From positions 3,410,001-3,474,000 of the forward strand of contig CM022677.1 in NCBI GenBank assembly GCA_012295275.1: a stretch of 64,000 nt of DNA, read 5' to 3'. Made by a program: the position numbers and the translations under genes. This DNA comes from Chrysomallon squamiferum (Eukaryota > Animalia > Mollusca). Positions 39,742 to 55,000 of the stretch are shown piece by piece (the stretch's first letter is position 1; every line of letters starts with the position of its first letter). Under the pieces are notes generated by a model. It was given only the letters and a program-made list of their open reading frames with translations, made no database searches and was not told the DNA's origin.

Positions 39742-42700
39742 CTCATCTGTTTAAATTCTTCTCCCTCTTCTTGTAACTGAAGCTGATTCCAGAATCTTGT
39801 CTTTCCTGTAGATACAACAATAAAATGTAATAGAATAATAAGTATTTTTTGATTGTGTTTAATTGTCTGTAATGTTAGAAAGAAATTATTATAAATAAAC
39901 ATCATCTGTCTCTTATTGTAATAGATTTTAATAATAAATCACAAATAATTTAAACAAAAAATATATATCTATAAAAAAGTATCACTACAAATTTTACATT
40001 CTGGTCAATTTAAAAAAAACAATTGTCTTTTATAACCGAATTCATAAAAATATGTGAAAGTATTTCTTTATGAAATATTTTAAAGTTAAGCAATACAAAC
40101 ATAACATGAAAATGTAATAATAATAATAATACAAATACCACTAATATTTCTCAAAGCTGAAATCCATAAAATTGTGAATTCTCCTCTGAATCTTCAGCAC
40201 TGACCTGCCTTGCACTGTAAGGGAGAGAGTGAGATCTGAAAACCTCTGTCTTTGTACAAGTGTTTAAAAGAAATTCAAAATCTGACATGGACTTGACAGT
40301 TTCCACCTGTAAATTGAAAAGAATTCATTATCACCAGCCTATAAAAATGACAGGCATTTTAGTTAAATAACTATTTGATAAGTTCTGTCATTTATTCATT
40401 TACTAACAGATACCAAAGCTTTTCAGTTCTGTGTCACTCTCCACCAGGTATCTCAATCCAGTCACTTTGATTACAAGCTGCATTACTTTTTTGGAACACT
40501 TAGAACTGATTCTATACATCTAATTTTAGATTTGATTAAAAATATATAAGTTAATAATCTGCCTACAACATTAAATTTATCCACAATAATAATCTTTTAA
40601 TCCCAAAAGATCAAGAGAATTCCAATTAATTACAAATATTTAACATTTTAAAATGTGATGATATAATTAATTTAAACCACAAAAAAGTCCTTTATACCTA
40701 CAGATCTTTTTGTTATATTTAAGAAAAAAAAAGAAAATTTTTTTATAACATTAAATGACAGCTGAATAAATTCATAAAAAATAAACATTATCTGTGAATA
40801 TCATTCAGTTCATCAGCTAGTTTATGTATATTATTCTAACACAAAACTGCAGTGATTAAAATGTTGAAGTGTTATCTTGATCTGAACTGAACTTTTATCA
40901 CCTACAAATCTATGTTTATTAAAGTTAACAGGTTTGAATCCTGAATGAGGAAGTGATCCAGCTGATAAAAAACAAAACAATAAATGAACGAAATAATGCA
41001 GACACTGCAAGAGTAACACAGAAACTAATCAACTCTTTGTCATCTCATATATAAAGTTTTGACTGGTAGGAAACAGAGTTGTAAGGATTTACATCTGCTT
41101 CTTCCTGAACAATGGCAGTTTATAGCATAATTACCATCAACTTGATTACTATGCATTTCGAAGGTACATTTTTAATGAATATCGAGGAATTTTTATAAAA
41201 CAGAATCAAGAAATGAAGTACTGGTTTTGACATAAGTATAAAATCTACTGATCTGTCTTGTATCTGAGTTACCTGAAAGGTCTTCCAAGCTGGTCAACAA
41301 AATCCTCTGAAATGCTGAATCAAAGTTTGTCTGGTGGTATGATAGCTATATTTAAACAACTATCTTGTTTCATGTATGAGTCACTGTTTCTTACTATTTG
41401 TTCAAGGTCAGGAAATTTTGTGAATTTTGTACATTCCCCATTTTTTACCCAGATTTATCTAAATAAATAAATATAGAAAGAAAAATTAATAAAATAAAAT
41501 AAAAATAAATAATAAATAAAAAGTAAGCATCAAATTTATCATTCTAAATCTTAACGTACATTATTTAAATGACAATTTTTTTACCTATTCCAGGCTAGGA
41601 GCATATGATTAATTTATTTGGGAAGAAATATCTCAGTGATGGAAAATTATTATAAATTATCAATGAATTTAACTTAAACAATGTTTTAATACTGACTTTA
41701 TTTATCTGGATATAGTGGTAACATTCAAGAAGCAGCAAAAATAACATTAAAAAGGACTAAATCCTTTGCCACTGGCCATTACAAGCCCTGCATTCATACG
41801 TACATATGTACTTAAACACATTACTATTATTAATTATTATAAAACATAATGATACCACTTACTTTAGAACAGTTCTCTGTTTTATTGATTTCCTCTGTCT
41901 AGTATCAGTATCAGATGAATTTGTCATCTTCAGGTTTTTTTTCTCATTATCACCTGCAAAACAAAATTACTTATTTAGCAATTTTGGAAGTAAAGCTGGA
42001 TTAGCCACAATTAATAAACTCAAAATGGTTTCCAGCTTACAATTTGTTATATCTGTATTCACTGAGTACATTTCTCTCTTTTATTTCCTCTTTCATCTTG
42101 AACTTCTACAATGATCTAGCAGACTGTTTTGGCAGGCATCCCGGCTATTATTATAATATATGATCCTAAAATTGTGACAGAATTATATCTCATATCAAAA
42201 AACAACAACACATTTATAAATAAAACTTAATGAAAGGCGTTTAATCCAAAATCAAAACTAATTACTTCTGCTAGTTAGATTCTTCAACAGAATGAAAGTC
42301 ACATCTATAGCTGATGGATGCTATTAATTTAAATGTTATGATAAACATGCAGAGAAGTTTTGAATGCCAGTATTTTTAAAAATAAATATATAAATAAATA
42401 AAATATCAAAAATAAATTAAAAATTAAATATAAATAAAAAAAAAGATATAAAAAGATAAAAGTAAAGATAATGAAGATAAACTAAAATTCTCAACTTTAT
42501 AGTGAAATAAATCAACATTAAAATAAAAATCATTGCACAATGCAGAACAGAATTGTTGAACGTATTAAACTTGTTAAAAAACTTGTCAAAGATCAACATC
42601 AAAAAAAAAAAAAAGGCAAATTTAAAGTAATAAAAATCAAAACATCTGCCTAAAAATTGTAATTTTAAACTTTTATTTGAAGTTGTAAAATTATTTAAAG

Positions 42701-43612
42701 TAAAACATAACAAATAATGCATTTTCTAATAACCTAACAAAATGAACTATAAGTATTATAACCAAACTGATTAAAACGAAAAAAAAACAGAAGAGTTAAA
42801 AAATTAATAAATTATTTATATTTTAATTACAATGAAAATAAATTTCAACTTTACAAACAAACAAACAAACAAAACACAAAATTGATAATACCCTGTCAAA
42901 ATTTGCCTGTTTGTAAATACCATATTTATTATAAGGCCTGAAATATAATATTAATTTATTAATAAGTATCATTTCTACGAACTCTATGGAAAAATAAATA
43001 AATATATTGAAAATAGCTAACCTGAAATATATTTTATTTGATATATTTATCTAATTATATAAACATAAAACAACTTCCAGTAACATATAACTTGGAATTA
43101 ATCAAACAATTACATTTTCTTCGATATATTTTTATAAAATTAATTTATAGTGAAAACTAAAATGTAAACAAGTATGACAAAGTAATATTTATTTCCTTAT
43201 TAAACTGAATTATAAGTCTTAATAAAAAGACTATCCAAATTAAGGCAAATAACAGTGCTTGAGCTATATTTGAAGAGTTATATATCTTGATATAATTAAA
43301 ATTCTATATTCTTGCTGGAACTTTTTTAAATTTCATCATATTTTATTTTACTGTAATCTACATAATACTGATGCTGACATCTGTTTTAAAAAGGTTATTT
43401 TATTAAGTTTTGCTATGCTTGTATAAGTCATAACTTTATTATTAAACTGTTAAGGTTTATTATGACAAAAAAGTACAGAAGTTGGTAAAATTTTAACTTT
43501 ATTTATAAAAAATATATATTTCCTTAATTGTTAGAATCATCGAGTGTACAAAAAACTATATGATATAAAAATATTTTTGTTGTAAAACAAAAACTGGAGC
43601 AAATTAATAATA

Positions 43613-43649
<37 letters not shown>

Positions 43650-46443
43650 GTAATATTGTTATTACTCTTACTATTATTATTATTATTATTAAATTAACAT
43701 TAGCATAATCACCACCATTATTATCATAATAATTTCTGTTACTATGTTTTCTTAGATGCTCATTACTAAGAACTGACAGGTAATAATATGAAAAGATAGT
43801 TCACCTTCTGTGTATCTCCTTGACATCTGCAGCAATCTGGTGGATTACACATTATATATTTATTTAATAATTTTCCAAATGATGCAGTTGTTGCATAACC
43901 ATGTAGGAAAGAAATAAAATAAAACAAAACATGAATTTACATTCCTTTATAAAATGATGTGATCAACCAAGATTTTAAAATATAATTTTAATTTAGTTAC
44001 TGATGTTGATTTATATATGTGTATATATATATATATATTTGTCTTCCTGTTTTACTAATTTCCTATAGTTGGCATGTACATTTCGTATTTAAAATGATTT
44101 TACACAGATAAAAGCTGAAGATAACCTTTACATATTAAAAAAGATGTTTGTTGGGTTTTTGTAAACATTTTCTCTATTAACTGTTAAATTAATCATCATG
44201 ATATAATCATAAAACATCTTATTGTTGATAAGAAAACAGGAGAGTGAAAATAAATAAATATGTAATGTGTATTGCTAGTTAATATTCTCAGTAATACCAA
44301 CGTGTGAAGTCAACACAGAAAGTGAAGGTGTATTTGTTATAAATCTAAAAAGTTAACAAATCTTCTGAATGCTCACAATGATTTAGTTTTAAATATCTAA
44401 GAACAAATTGATATAAAAAGAAATACATCATCAACAGTTAAAAAGAAAAGATTTAAGGAAAAAAGAAGAAAAGAAACATTTATCTAATTATCAGTTACAG
44501 TTTGTTACACAAATGAAACTTAAGTCTAAACACAGGTATTTATCCATCCAAGAAACAAAAACAATACTTTTTCTCCTGTATCATTACATCCATACAAAAC
44601 ATAATTAAAACTTTACTTACCTTTTCACCATTTTCTGCAGTTTCAGCAGGCTTATTGTCATTCGTTCTGAAAGACAAATAACAGGTCTAATAAGTTAGCA
44701 GGTAATTTTAAATTACTAAGAATTACTAAGAAATGTATTTAAAATAATTTTAAAAGAAATAATAAAAAAAAAAAATCATTAACACAAACTGAAGTGTGTC
44801 AAACATGCTTAAACTGATGCTGTTTTAAATAAACACTTTCTCCCTAGCTAGCATTACAAAAATATGTGTCTATAAGTGTGTGTGTGTATATAAAAACAAA
44901 GCAAAAAAACATTACTGTACTGGATATTTAAATACAACATATTCTTTTGATGGTTTAAAAAAAATAATAATTGGGATAAAAAATTATGGCTATATATATA
45001 TTATAATCTGGCACTTAGAAATAGAGAAATGAAATTCAATTTAACAAAAAAGGTTGATAAAATTGTATGTAATACATTTGTTTTTGCTCCAATGAGTGGC
45101 AATAAAAACATTTTTTAGTCCTTTTTCCTAAAAGCTCATAGAAATGACAAAGTTTCCCATCAGTGCAACAACTACCACAGAGCAGTGGAACTAACCTTAA
45201 ACCTGTAGTCACCAAGATCAACATTAACATACTACAGTAAGCTTCTACACCAATAACAAAATGTGTTACTGTAGAAAACAGAAGACATATATGCTTGAAG
45301 TTTAACTTCATTACCTAGCTAAAACCTTAACTAAGACAAATAAATGTAAGTGAATGTTATATGTGTTTCAGAACAGCAAAACATTTCACTTGCAGTTTTG
45401 GCTTCCATACTGCCAGAAGACCCTGTGTGAGTTATTGTACTTGATGTCTGTACAGGATGTACAGCCTGCTCCAAAATACTTCCAAGTCGCACATCTGAAC
45501 ACTGCAAATGCAGCACCATGATTTATGGAGTTCACTGACACAAGAAGGGAAGGAACTCTGCCCGTTACACTTACTGTGGTACAATAAAATACAAATTCAC
45601 TATCTAAATTTTATCATTTTATCATCATGACAAAAACAACAAACAATTTGCGATGAAATGTTCCAGCTAAAAATCACTGATCAGTCTGTTTCAAGGGAGA
45701 AAACTTACTGCCTTGTAAGCAGGGAGTGCTTATTGTTTGAAAGTGAGCATGTGTGTGTGTTTTTATTTTATTTTGGCACTGATTTTGGCTCACACTTACC
45801 CCACTAGATCAGGAATATCTGAAAATATAATCATCACAGAACAAATTTTCAAACTATGAATGAAAGCGCAATGGTGGTAGTTTCTAAAAAGTAGACACTG
45901 GAAAGAGAGAAACAAAAAATGCAAATCTTCTTACCCTTTAAGACCTTTATAAATTATTTTTCAATCCAATCCATTAAGTTATTTTAAAAACGTTTTTTTA
46001 TCTGACATCATTATAAAACTATTTCATAAATAATTAATTTAATTAAAATGAACATTATATAATTTAGATTAATGCTACTCCTGGAATAACCATTAACTAA
46101 TTATAGAAACACTATTAAGACCTATAACTATGAAGTTGTTTATATTTTAAAATGAAGACAAACATTAAAGAAAGAAAGAAAACAGAGACAAGAAAAAGTA
46201 TTTTTTGCATGTTTGAAGTCATGTTAAAAAAGTGTAATATTGTATGATAAAAGCTTCTCAACTTAATTTTTTAATTTCTGTTTTACATTATAAACTTTTT
46301 AGACAATATGAACAATATGTTTAAGAAAATTGTGTAAAATCTTTATTAACTGGAAATTCATCTAATTCCCAAAACTGGCATTATATAGTGGTAAATAAAT
46401 CAGGAAATTAAAATAAAAATTAGCAAAACAATAATAGAGGTAA

Positions 46444-46503
<60 letters not shown>

Positions 46504-47424
46504 GAAAAAAGAAAAGAAAGAGAGAAAAAGTAACAGAAAAATTGAAAAAAAAAAAAAAAAAAAAAATGAAGAAAGAAATAGAAAGAACACTTAGCTACTG
46601 TGTCAGAGTATTTGTCTTTGTGATGTTTATCTGTGTGAAATGCTGCTATTGTCACTTTGACCATCACAGTGACCAGTGTCCTCCTCGATCTTCAAGGTTG
46701 ATAATTTTATTGATTCTGTGAAAACGTAAGTTTTATGTTATTTGAGAGTGTGCCTAGAAAAATAAATTACTTAGGAAGACAAAAAAGGGATTCACACAGA
46801 ACAAGAATATCAATGTTAAGAATTACATTCTGTTAGAAACATGAAATATAAAACTACCACAACATTTAGTGCAAAACTACTTAAAATTCTATAAATAAAA
46901 ATAAGAGGAATTTTAAAGACCAAATTATTCCTAGGAAAAACATACTTAAAATAACCAATCAAATTCAGTTTTAATTAACACACTGTACTGCTTTGCATTT
47001 GAAACTAAATTATACCTTAAAATTAACATATCTAAATTTAAAGGCTGAAAGTCTTACCTGCTGTCTTACTCTGGTATTTATTATTTGCTATCACAGCTTT
47101 AAAACTGTAGCATCTTATGCCAGAAGATGAATCTGTTTCTTCTTTGTCACCACAGTTCAAGGTTATGGTGCAGCTCCCTTGTCTCATATCTTGAACAGTA
47201 CTTTGATGATAGCTTGTGTGTATTCCAGTGTGTATTCCAGTGTGTTGAACTGCTGCAGGTAGTAAGGTTTGCATTATGATCCAGTCCAGAATGACACCTC
47301 GGATGGGCAGGACAGGGTACAGTATGGCGGAAGTTAACTGACATCAGACACTGACTGATTCAAGTCAAATCAATGGTGGTTTAAGCTTTTTCACTTTTTG
47401 TTGAACTTGGATAATTTCTATCAC
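39742..47424 (-). pseudogene. Chain of decayed minus-strand exons of unresolved identity
   Basis: GC-richer blocks mostly flanked by polypyrimidine-AG and GT: 47424-47058, 44666-44621, 41953-41863, 41458-41273, 40961 to about 40840, 40306-40139, 39805-39742. Several contain stops. Confidence 0.45.
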
Positions 47425-47916
47425 CTGAAATTACATTAAAAAGTTGTTTATAATAGCCACAGCAGGTCTCTGATGTTAAAATATGCAAATATGTTAAACA
47501 CTTTTTAAAACAGAAATTTAATTAGATTATTGCATGTGTTCTGTGATTTATTTCATAGCTTTTCTTTTATTAACAGATGTAACTAATATGAATTAATACA
47601 AACCAGAACATCAGGAGCTGTCTGACTGTTTGCTAGTCTGCTTTTAACTGACTCTGTCTCTTTAGTAATTTCAGCTTTCAGTGCATCAGTTGTTAAACCA
47701 GTGTTCTAGAAAAATAGATAGGTTAGACAAATGTATTCAAAACAATTTATTATTACTTTATTATTATTATACTTATTACTATTTCATATATATGTTTTTA
47801 TATTTTCTTTTCATAGTGAAAATAAACTATAATAAAATTAGCATTTTTTAATTTCTTTATCGTTTTATTTTTATTATTAATTTGTTATTAAATATCTTTG
47901 ACACAAAAAGTTTATA

Positions 47917-48116
47917 NNNNNNNNNNNNNNNNNNNNNNNNNNNNNNNNNNNNNNNNNNNNNNNNNNNNNNNNNNNNNNNNNNNNNNNNNNNNNNNNNNNN
48001 NNNNNNNNNNNNNNNNNNNNNNNNNNNNNNNNNNNNNNNNNNNNNNNNNNNNNNNNNNNNNNNNNNNNNNNNNNNNNNNNNNNNNNNNNNNNNNNNNNNN
48101 NNNNNNNNNNNNNNNN
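47917..48116. other. Assembly gap (200 N)
   Basis: Round-number N run typical of a scaffolding join. Confidence 0.99.
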
Positions 48117-48765
48117 ATTAAAGGAAGAGTATCTATGAAAACTAGGATTACCAAAACGATATTCAAAACACTGGATTTCTTATTTTACCTGAATGAACAG
48201 GTGTTTCCTGACAGAATCCATTGATACATAATAAGAAAAATATACTGGTATCTCATTCAAGTATATTTGGTTTTACTAGCATTGCATTAACGAGACAATC
48301 ACATACTTGCTTTAAACATAAGTAATGATATGATATAATTATGGACTTTAGACATACTAGAGTCTATGTCAATACAAGGTATGCAGGTAATTTAGAAAAC
48401 AGAAAATGAATATCTATTATCATAGTAGTGTTCAGAAACATTTCAACACAGTATTCATGTATGTATTTCTCCTTCATTTTTGCTGTCTGAATCTGTAAGA
48501 TACATTTATAGTTGTATTTTACAAGCTAAATAAGTACTCTTACATTGAAATAATTGGATGAAAAAAGAAAGAAACAATTATTCAAATAAATAAATGAAAA
48601 CACACACACATATATATATAAAGTTAAAGAGTAAAAATATTAAAAATATAAAGTAAGAAAGAAAGATAATTTTGAATTAAATACTTAAAAACTACAATAA
48701 AATAAATATGAAATATTCAAAACAACAAAACAATAACTAATGAATGAGTCTAAAATTAAACTGAC

Positions 48766-50029
48766 TTCGGATGGTGTAACCTCTTCTCCTCAACATGAAC
48801 AGAATAATTATTGCAGGAAAGCAGAGCAGAAGTATTCCTGCTACAAGACCAATTCCAGTTCCAGTTCCTAGTGTTGCCGTGGACGAAAATTCTTCTAAAG
48901 TAATTATAATACCAAGTTCAACACATAAATGAAAGATCTGCATTAACGTTTAAGTTTCCTTTGGTTTTAAAATTATTATAATTCTTTCTTCTAAAGATCT
49001 TTCATTACATAACGTAAATAGTTTGGACAATGTCAGAGTCACCAAGACCTGTAAACAAGTACTGCAAAAAAAAAAAAAAGAAACAACAACAAACAAAAAC
49101 ACATAACTAAAAGAAAATAAAAATGAACATTTTCCTGAAATTTTAGATGAAAATCGAAAACTGTACATGCTATTTTACTATATTTTATTGTTGTTAAAGT
49201 GGTAGAGTCAAACAGTAACGGTTTTCATTTTTATTTGCAAAAGAATACATTTTAAAGTGATAGGAAGAATTGGACTTCAGATGAGAAATGTGTAAAGAAA
49301 AAGTCTTGTCGTCTGTCTTATTGTCTGACACTTGCAGACTGATAGACTGGTCTTCAGTAGACAAGCGTTGTTCAATAGTGAATCTAGTGAACTTGTTTGT
49401 GTTGTACTTCCACTTGAGATCTACTGAAGTTTGTGTCTCATTTGTTCAGTAACACAAATTCAGGAGCTGATTCAAGAAATAAAACGTGAGAAAGGATTTA
49501 TATGTGTTTTAATTTCATCTGCAATAAATTTAATAATATTGGATGGGAATAATATGTATGTGTGTGTCTTTGTGTGTGTGTGTGTGTGTATGTGTGTGTG
49601 TGCGTGTATCTATATATATATATATATATATAGACACACCAGCACCCACATTTTCCTAAAGTCTAAATATAAAAATTGACACTGGCTTGTTCAGACTGGT
49701 ATGGAAACAATAACAAAATCAGTTGCATTTGCTAACAAAGGTGACATGAAAAAAGTGTAAATGAAGTTACCTGTAACAATGACACTGGCAGATCCTGACA
49801 CTGAAGTGTTAAAAGAAGTTTTTGAAGTTGCTGAACACGTGTACTCTCCTTGGTCTGACTGTTGAAATGAGGAGATTTGAAACAGAGAACTGTCAGTGAG
49901 GTGTTTTGTACCAGTTCGCCATTCAAATACAACACTGTCTGGATTACTGTCATCTGTACAGCGTAATATCACAAGTTTTCCCAGTTCAACTCTGATGTGA
50001 CTCTGATAAAATTCTCACTCTGGGTGCAT
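48766..50029 (-). pseudogene. Second copy of gene C exons: TM 48766-48894, FN3 about 49178-49466, Ig 49771-50029
   Basis: Same splice sites and same frameshifts as 28589-29841. Confidence 0.85.
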
Positions 50030-52003
50030 CTACACAGATTGAAATAAAAGTTAAAAAAATATTAAGAGTCAAGTGGAAAGATCAAGACTGCAAACTACTA
50101 ATCTTTCTTTGGGTTTTCCCATGGATCTTCTTAACCATGTTTGATGAAAAATTCAAACTGTGATATATCCTGAACTACTGAGGTGGTGCAATAAATATTT
50201 TGAACGTTAGCAGATACTGGCTGAACCGTATACTTCTGACAATATGTGGTGAAGGAAAGTTCAGTAAATATGTCAGCCTATTTTTTGTTGCAATTTCAAC
50301 ATTTTGTGTCCAAACTAAAATATCATCAATAATCATTGAGAATTCATATTTATATGATGTTTCTGAATATCACTGGATATGAAAAGGAGAACCATAATTT
50401 CCAGTTATAATTTTATTTCAGAAATTACTTTTGTTAACATTTTGTATGCATAGATATATATGTGCACACATGTGCAAACATTCACAACCAACACCATGAC
50501 ATACACAAACATAAAAAATACATTACATATACAGATTCACACCCACACAAATACACCATTACGCTCTAATTGTCAACCTGCCCCTTCCATCAGAAATGAT
50601 AGAAGTACCGTTGTTAAAGACCTGTACAATGAACGTTATTCTATTACTATTATTAAGGTTGTTCTAATGACAAAGCAGTATTTGTCAGTGTTTTATTTTC
50701 AGTTTAGATTCTACTTCCTTGATTACTTTAGATATTTTTAGAAAAATAAAATAAAAATTTAGTACTAAGTTCTGAGTTAAATTATTAAAACATTAAAAGA
50801 TAAAAATGTTCAGGTAGCAGAAAAAAAGACAAAAAAAAAAAAGTTAACTGACAAGAATCAGCTTTGTTTTGCATCATCAGAATCATCAAATCTGATCTGA
50901 GTTTTCCACTACTCAAAACTAACCGACAAAAATGATGATTGATTTGACATATGTAGGACATTTTAATTGATTTTTTTTTTTCAGATGACAATACATTTCT
51001 TGAAATTTAATTTTCACATAGCATTAACATTTGCCTTCTCATTTTAACAAGAATTTAACTTCCAATCAACAAACTAAATTACAAGCCTTGGATGGCTTAA
51101 AAAAATGATTTAACTGAGAAGAATCATTTAAAATTTATAATATTAATTTATTTACTAACAGAAAATAAGCTTAAAAGATTCTGATTTTCTGTTCATTCTT
51201 TAGATTTTTCTTCTCTCTGGTTATCATCATTTCCTTCTTCTGGATCCTCTCTCTTTTCCCTGCTCCTTTTTCGACTTCTTTTTCTTTGGCTTTTCAGTTT
51301 CTTTTTCAGTTACTTCAAATGGTGGCAGCTTACGTGGTGTTTTCATTACAAACAAAAGAAAGACAAAATAAAGTGTATCTATGTGTATTTGTGAGCATCT
51401 ATTTAATCTGTCTGTGTGTGTGTGTGTGTCTATGTGTATCTGTGTGTGTGTATATCTGTGTGTATGTGTGTGTGTCTGTGTGTCTGTGTGTGTGTGTATC
51501 TGTGTGTCTGTGTGTGTATGTGTGTCTGTGTGTCTGTGTGTGTGTGTATCTGTGTGTGTGTGTATCTGTGTGTGTCTGTGTGTGTGTGCGTATCTGTGTG
51601 TGTGTATGTGTGTCTGTGTCTGTGTGTGTATGTGTGTCTGTGTGTGTGTGTATCTATGTGTCTGTGTGTGTGTATGTGTGTATCTCTGTGTGTGTGTCTG
51701 AGTGTGTATGTGTGTGTATCTATGTGTCTGTGTGTGTGTGTGTGTGTGTGTCTGTGTGTGTGTTTGTGTATCTATGTGTGTGTGTGTATCTCTGTGTGTG
51801 TGTCTGAGTGTGTGTGTGTGTGTGTATCTATGTGTGTGTGTGTGTATGTGTGTGTGTGTATCTATGTCTGTGTGTATGTGTGTGTGTGTGTGTATCTGTG
51901 TGTGTGTGTCTGAGTGTGTGTACGTGTGTGTGTGTGTCTCTGTGTCTGTGTGTGTGTGTGTGTGTGACTGTGTGTGTATCTCTGTGTGTGTGTGTGTGTG
52001 TCT

Positions 52004-52035
<32 letters not shown>

Positions 52036-55000
52036 CTGTGTGTGTGTATGTGTGTCTGTGTGTGTGTGTATCTGTGTGTCTGTATGTATGTCTGTCTGTG
52101 TGTATGTATGTGTGTGTCTGTGTGTGTATCTGTGTGTGTGTGTGTGTGTGTGTATCTGTGTGTGTGTGTGTCCGTGTGTGTGTGTGTGTGTGTATGTGTG
52201 TCTGTGTGTGTGTATCTGTATGTGTGTCTGTGTGTTTGGTATGTCTCTGTGTGTATGTGTGTGTGTGTGTGTGTGTGTTTGGTATGTCTCTGTGTGTGTG
52301 TATGTATGTGTGTGTGTGTCTGTGTGTTTGTTGTGTGTGTGTGTGTGTGTGTCTGTTTGGTATGTCTCTGTCTGTGTCTTGTTTGTGTATGTGTGAGTGT
52401 GTGTGTGTGTGTTTGGTATGTCTCTGTGTGTGTGTGTATGTGTGTGTGTGTGTGTGTTTGGTATGTGTGTTTGGTATGTCTGTGTGTGTGTGTGTATGTT
52501 CTTTTGTTGCTTTTGTTGCCGTTACTGTTCTTTTATTTTATTAATATATTTGTAAGTGTATACTGTGTGGGATATATAAATACAATTTTAAAATAAACAA
52601 TTCTTTACTTTTTAGGATTTCAGCAATCCCTCTTTACATCTATGAACGAATGTGTCCATCGAACTACCCACCCCATATCCACAGACTCAAACACACTGGT
52701 ACACGTATGTGCTTTTTTACTAATGAGTATTAATTTAACACACATACACACATATTTGTAAACAACCAAATACAAATTAGTAAATGAAGTGAGTTTGTAG
52801 GTCATTGTGTTTATCTCTTAAGATTCGAAACTCAGTTTCTACTTCACATATTTGTTGTTTCATGCTGGTATTATTATCTCTCATTTCACGAGTAGAACTG
52901 TTCATATCTAAGACAACAGATTTCAAATCTCCAAGATTGTTTTATTCCTTTCAAACTGACAGTGAACGTAATTCATACCCTTTCCATATCTAACATTCTA
53001 GTCAAAGTATCTAATTTTTATACTGACATCTTGATTGTGCACAACTGGTGAAATTAAACCAGAATACTGACCTTGGGATCATCAGGTTTGTCCACATTGT
53101 CCATACTTCTGAGACTGTTGAACTGGTGTTGACAGATAAAATGGTGCAGATGAACATCTCATTATTTGACATCCCTGAGCAGCTTGGCTAATGCTTATCC
53201 TTATTTTCTGTTCACTTTCTCCTTTTTTACTCTTATTTCTTCTCTTTTTTATTTCATGTTGCATACTTGCGTATATTTAGCTATAATTTACATTGATAAA
53301 ACAGATAAAATACTTTAATACTAATAAACATTATATATTTTCACAGAGACATAACTTTTATTTCTGTGTGAGTGCGATCTAATGGAAGTAATGGTTACTC
53401 GTGTTGAAAACATTAAATGATCACACAAAAAACATCAATTCACAATTTTGTTCATTAAATCAACCAATATTATAATTCATTTATAACAGCTTTGGAATAC
53501 ATACATACTGAAGTCATATTTGGATGTTATTCTTACTTCAAAATGTTTTCTTTAACAGCCTTGAGTAACTAACAGTTTTACAATATTACACTCAGAAAGT
53601 CATTTTCATGGACAATTTCTGATTCTTGTTATTAATTTCTAATCTGACCACATATGCAATCATAAAAGTTAAGCATACAAACATTATAAATCCTTACTAA
53701 TGTTGTATTAAGCTAAAACATAATGATAATATAATCTAAACAGTTATAATATTGTAATTTTATTTTTAACTTCTTAAAATTATTTCAGTCAGAAAGGATT
53801 TTTAAATTCTGTTTACAACAGAACCAAAAAAAAAAATCATTATATACAATATCCAACATTACAGTAAAAAAAAATGTATTCACTTTATATAAGTAACATT
53901 CAGCAACTTAATTAATCATCTATTATATGTTCCATGAATTAATTTTTCTCTTTTTTTATTTATACACATTTATTTAAATTTTTACTTTTGCACTTTACTT
54001 TCAAAAAATGTCACATTTGCTTACAGCATAATATATATTTTGTTTTCTAATATTCAAGATTGTTCATTTAATTTCACAATTTATGATGATGTTGACCACA
54101 TTTATGAATAATGATGATAAAAACAATAGAAAAGTAATTTTGGTGTTTTATTTTGTCAATCACTGTTACCCCCTGGTGCAGTAGGTCTCCCAGCCCTGTA
54201 CCAAGTACACGGTGCACACCTAGAATTGTGTGTGTTTCCCCTAAACTGACAACAATGTCATGAAGATTAGTTGTAGGTGTTGTTTGATGGTGATTAATCT
54301 ACTCAAAATAATAGTGAAGCAAATTATATTGTTTTAAGTTATTAAGTGATCTGCACTTTAATAGCTAAAGTATAAACTTTTATTTTGTATTTTGTATTTA
54401 TTACTATTTGCATGTAATATATAAAAGAGCATTTTGAGAGATAATTTAATGTTTTCACTAGGATTTATTAATGTTTCAGTATTTTTAAGTTCAACTTTGT
54501 TTTATTCAGAGCCTGAAATATGATCAAGAAATGATTTATTGTTATTTCATTTATGTTAATGGTGTATTTTAGTAATGGATCTAGATGAGTGATTTTAGGA
54601 AATCTGTAGAACTGTTTGTTTAGGAAATTCCAAGCTTCTGTCAGCAGTTTTTCTTATTGTATGGATTGCATCACTTTACTTTTTTATTTTTAGTAGCTCT
54701 CACTCATGTGTTTCCATCTTATCCGGACTATAAATAATAATGGATAGCTAGAAAATATCAACAATTTTGTTTTTCTTTAAAACAAAAAACAAAAGCCCCA
54801 AGAAGGATTGTAAAAGGATATAGTATATAATACACATTATGTTTTCACTGATCAGTAACAGATTTTGTTTTGTCTTCCCACATTTTATTTCTTCATTAAC
54901 TTTACATTGTTCTCAAAATGGTTTTACTTATTAATTATATCAGGGTTTATTAATCAGTTTTAGAAATAACAATATAGCTATTTAAATGTACTAATTCATT

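Noticed and set aside
47882-48224. ORFs spanning X runs
   Set aside because: They run through the N gap.
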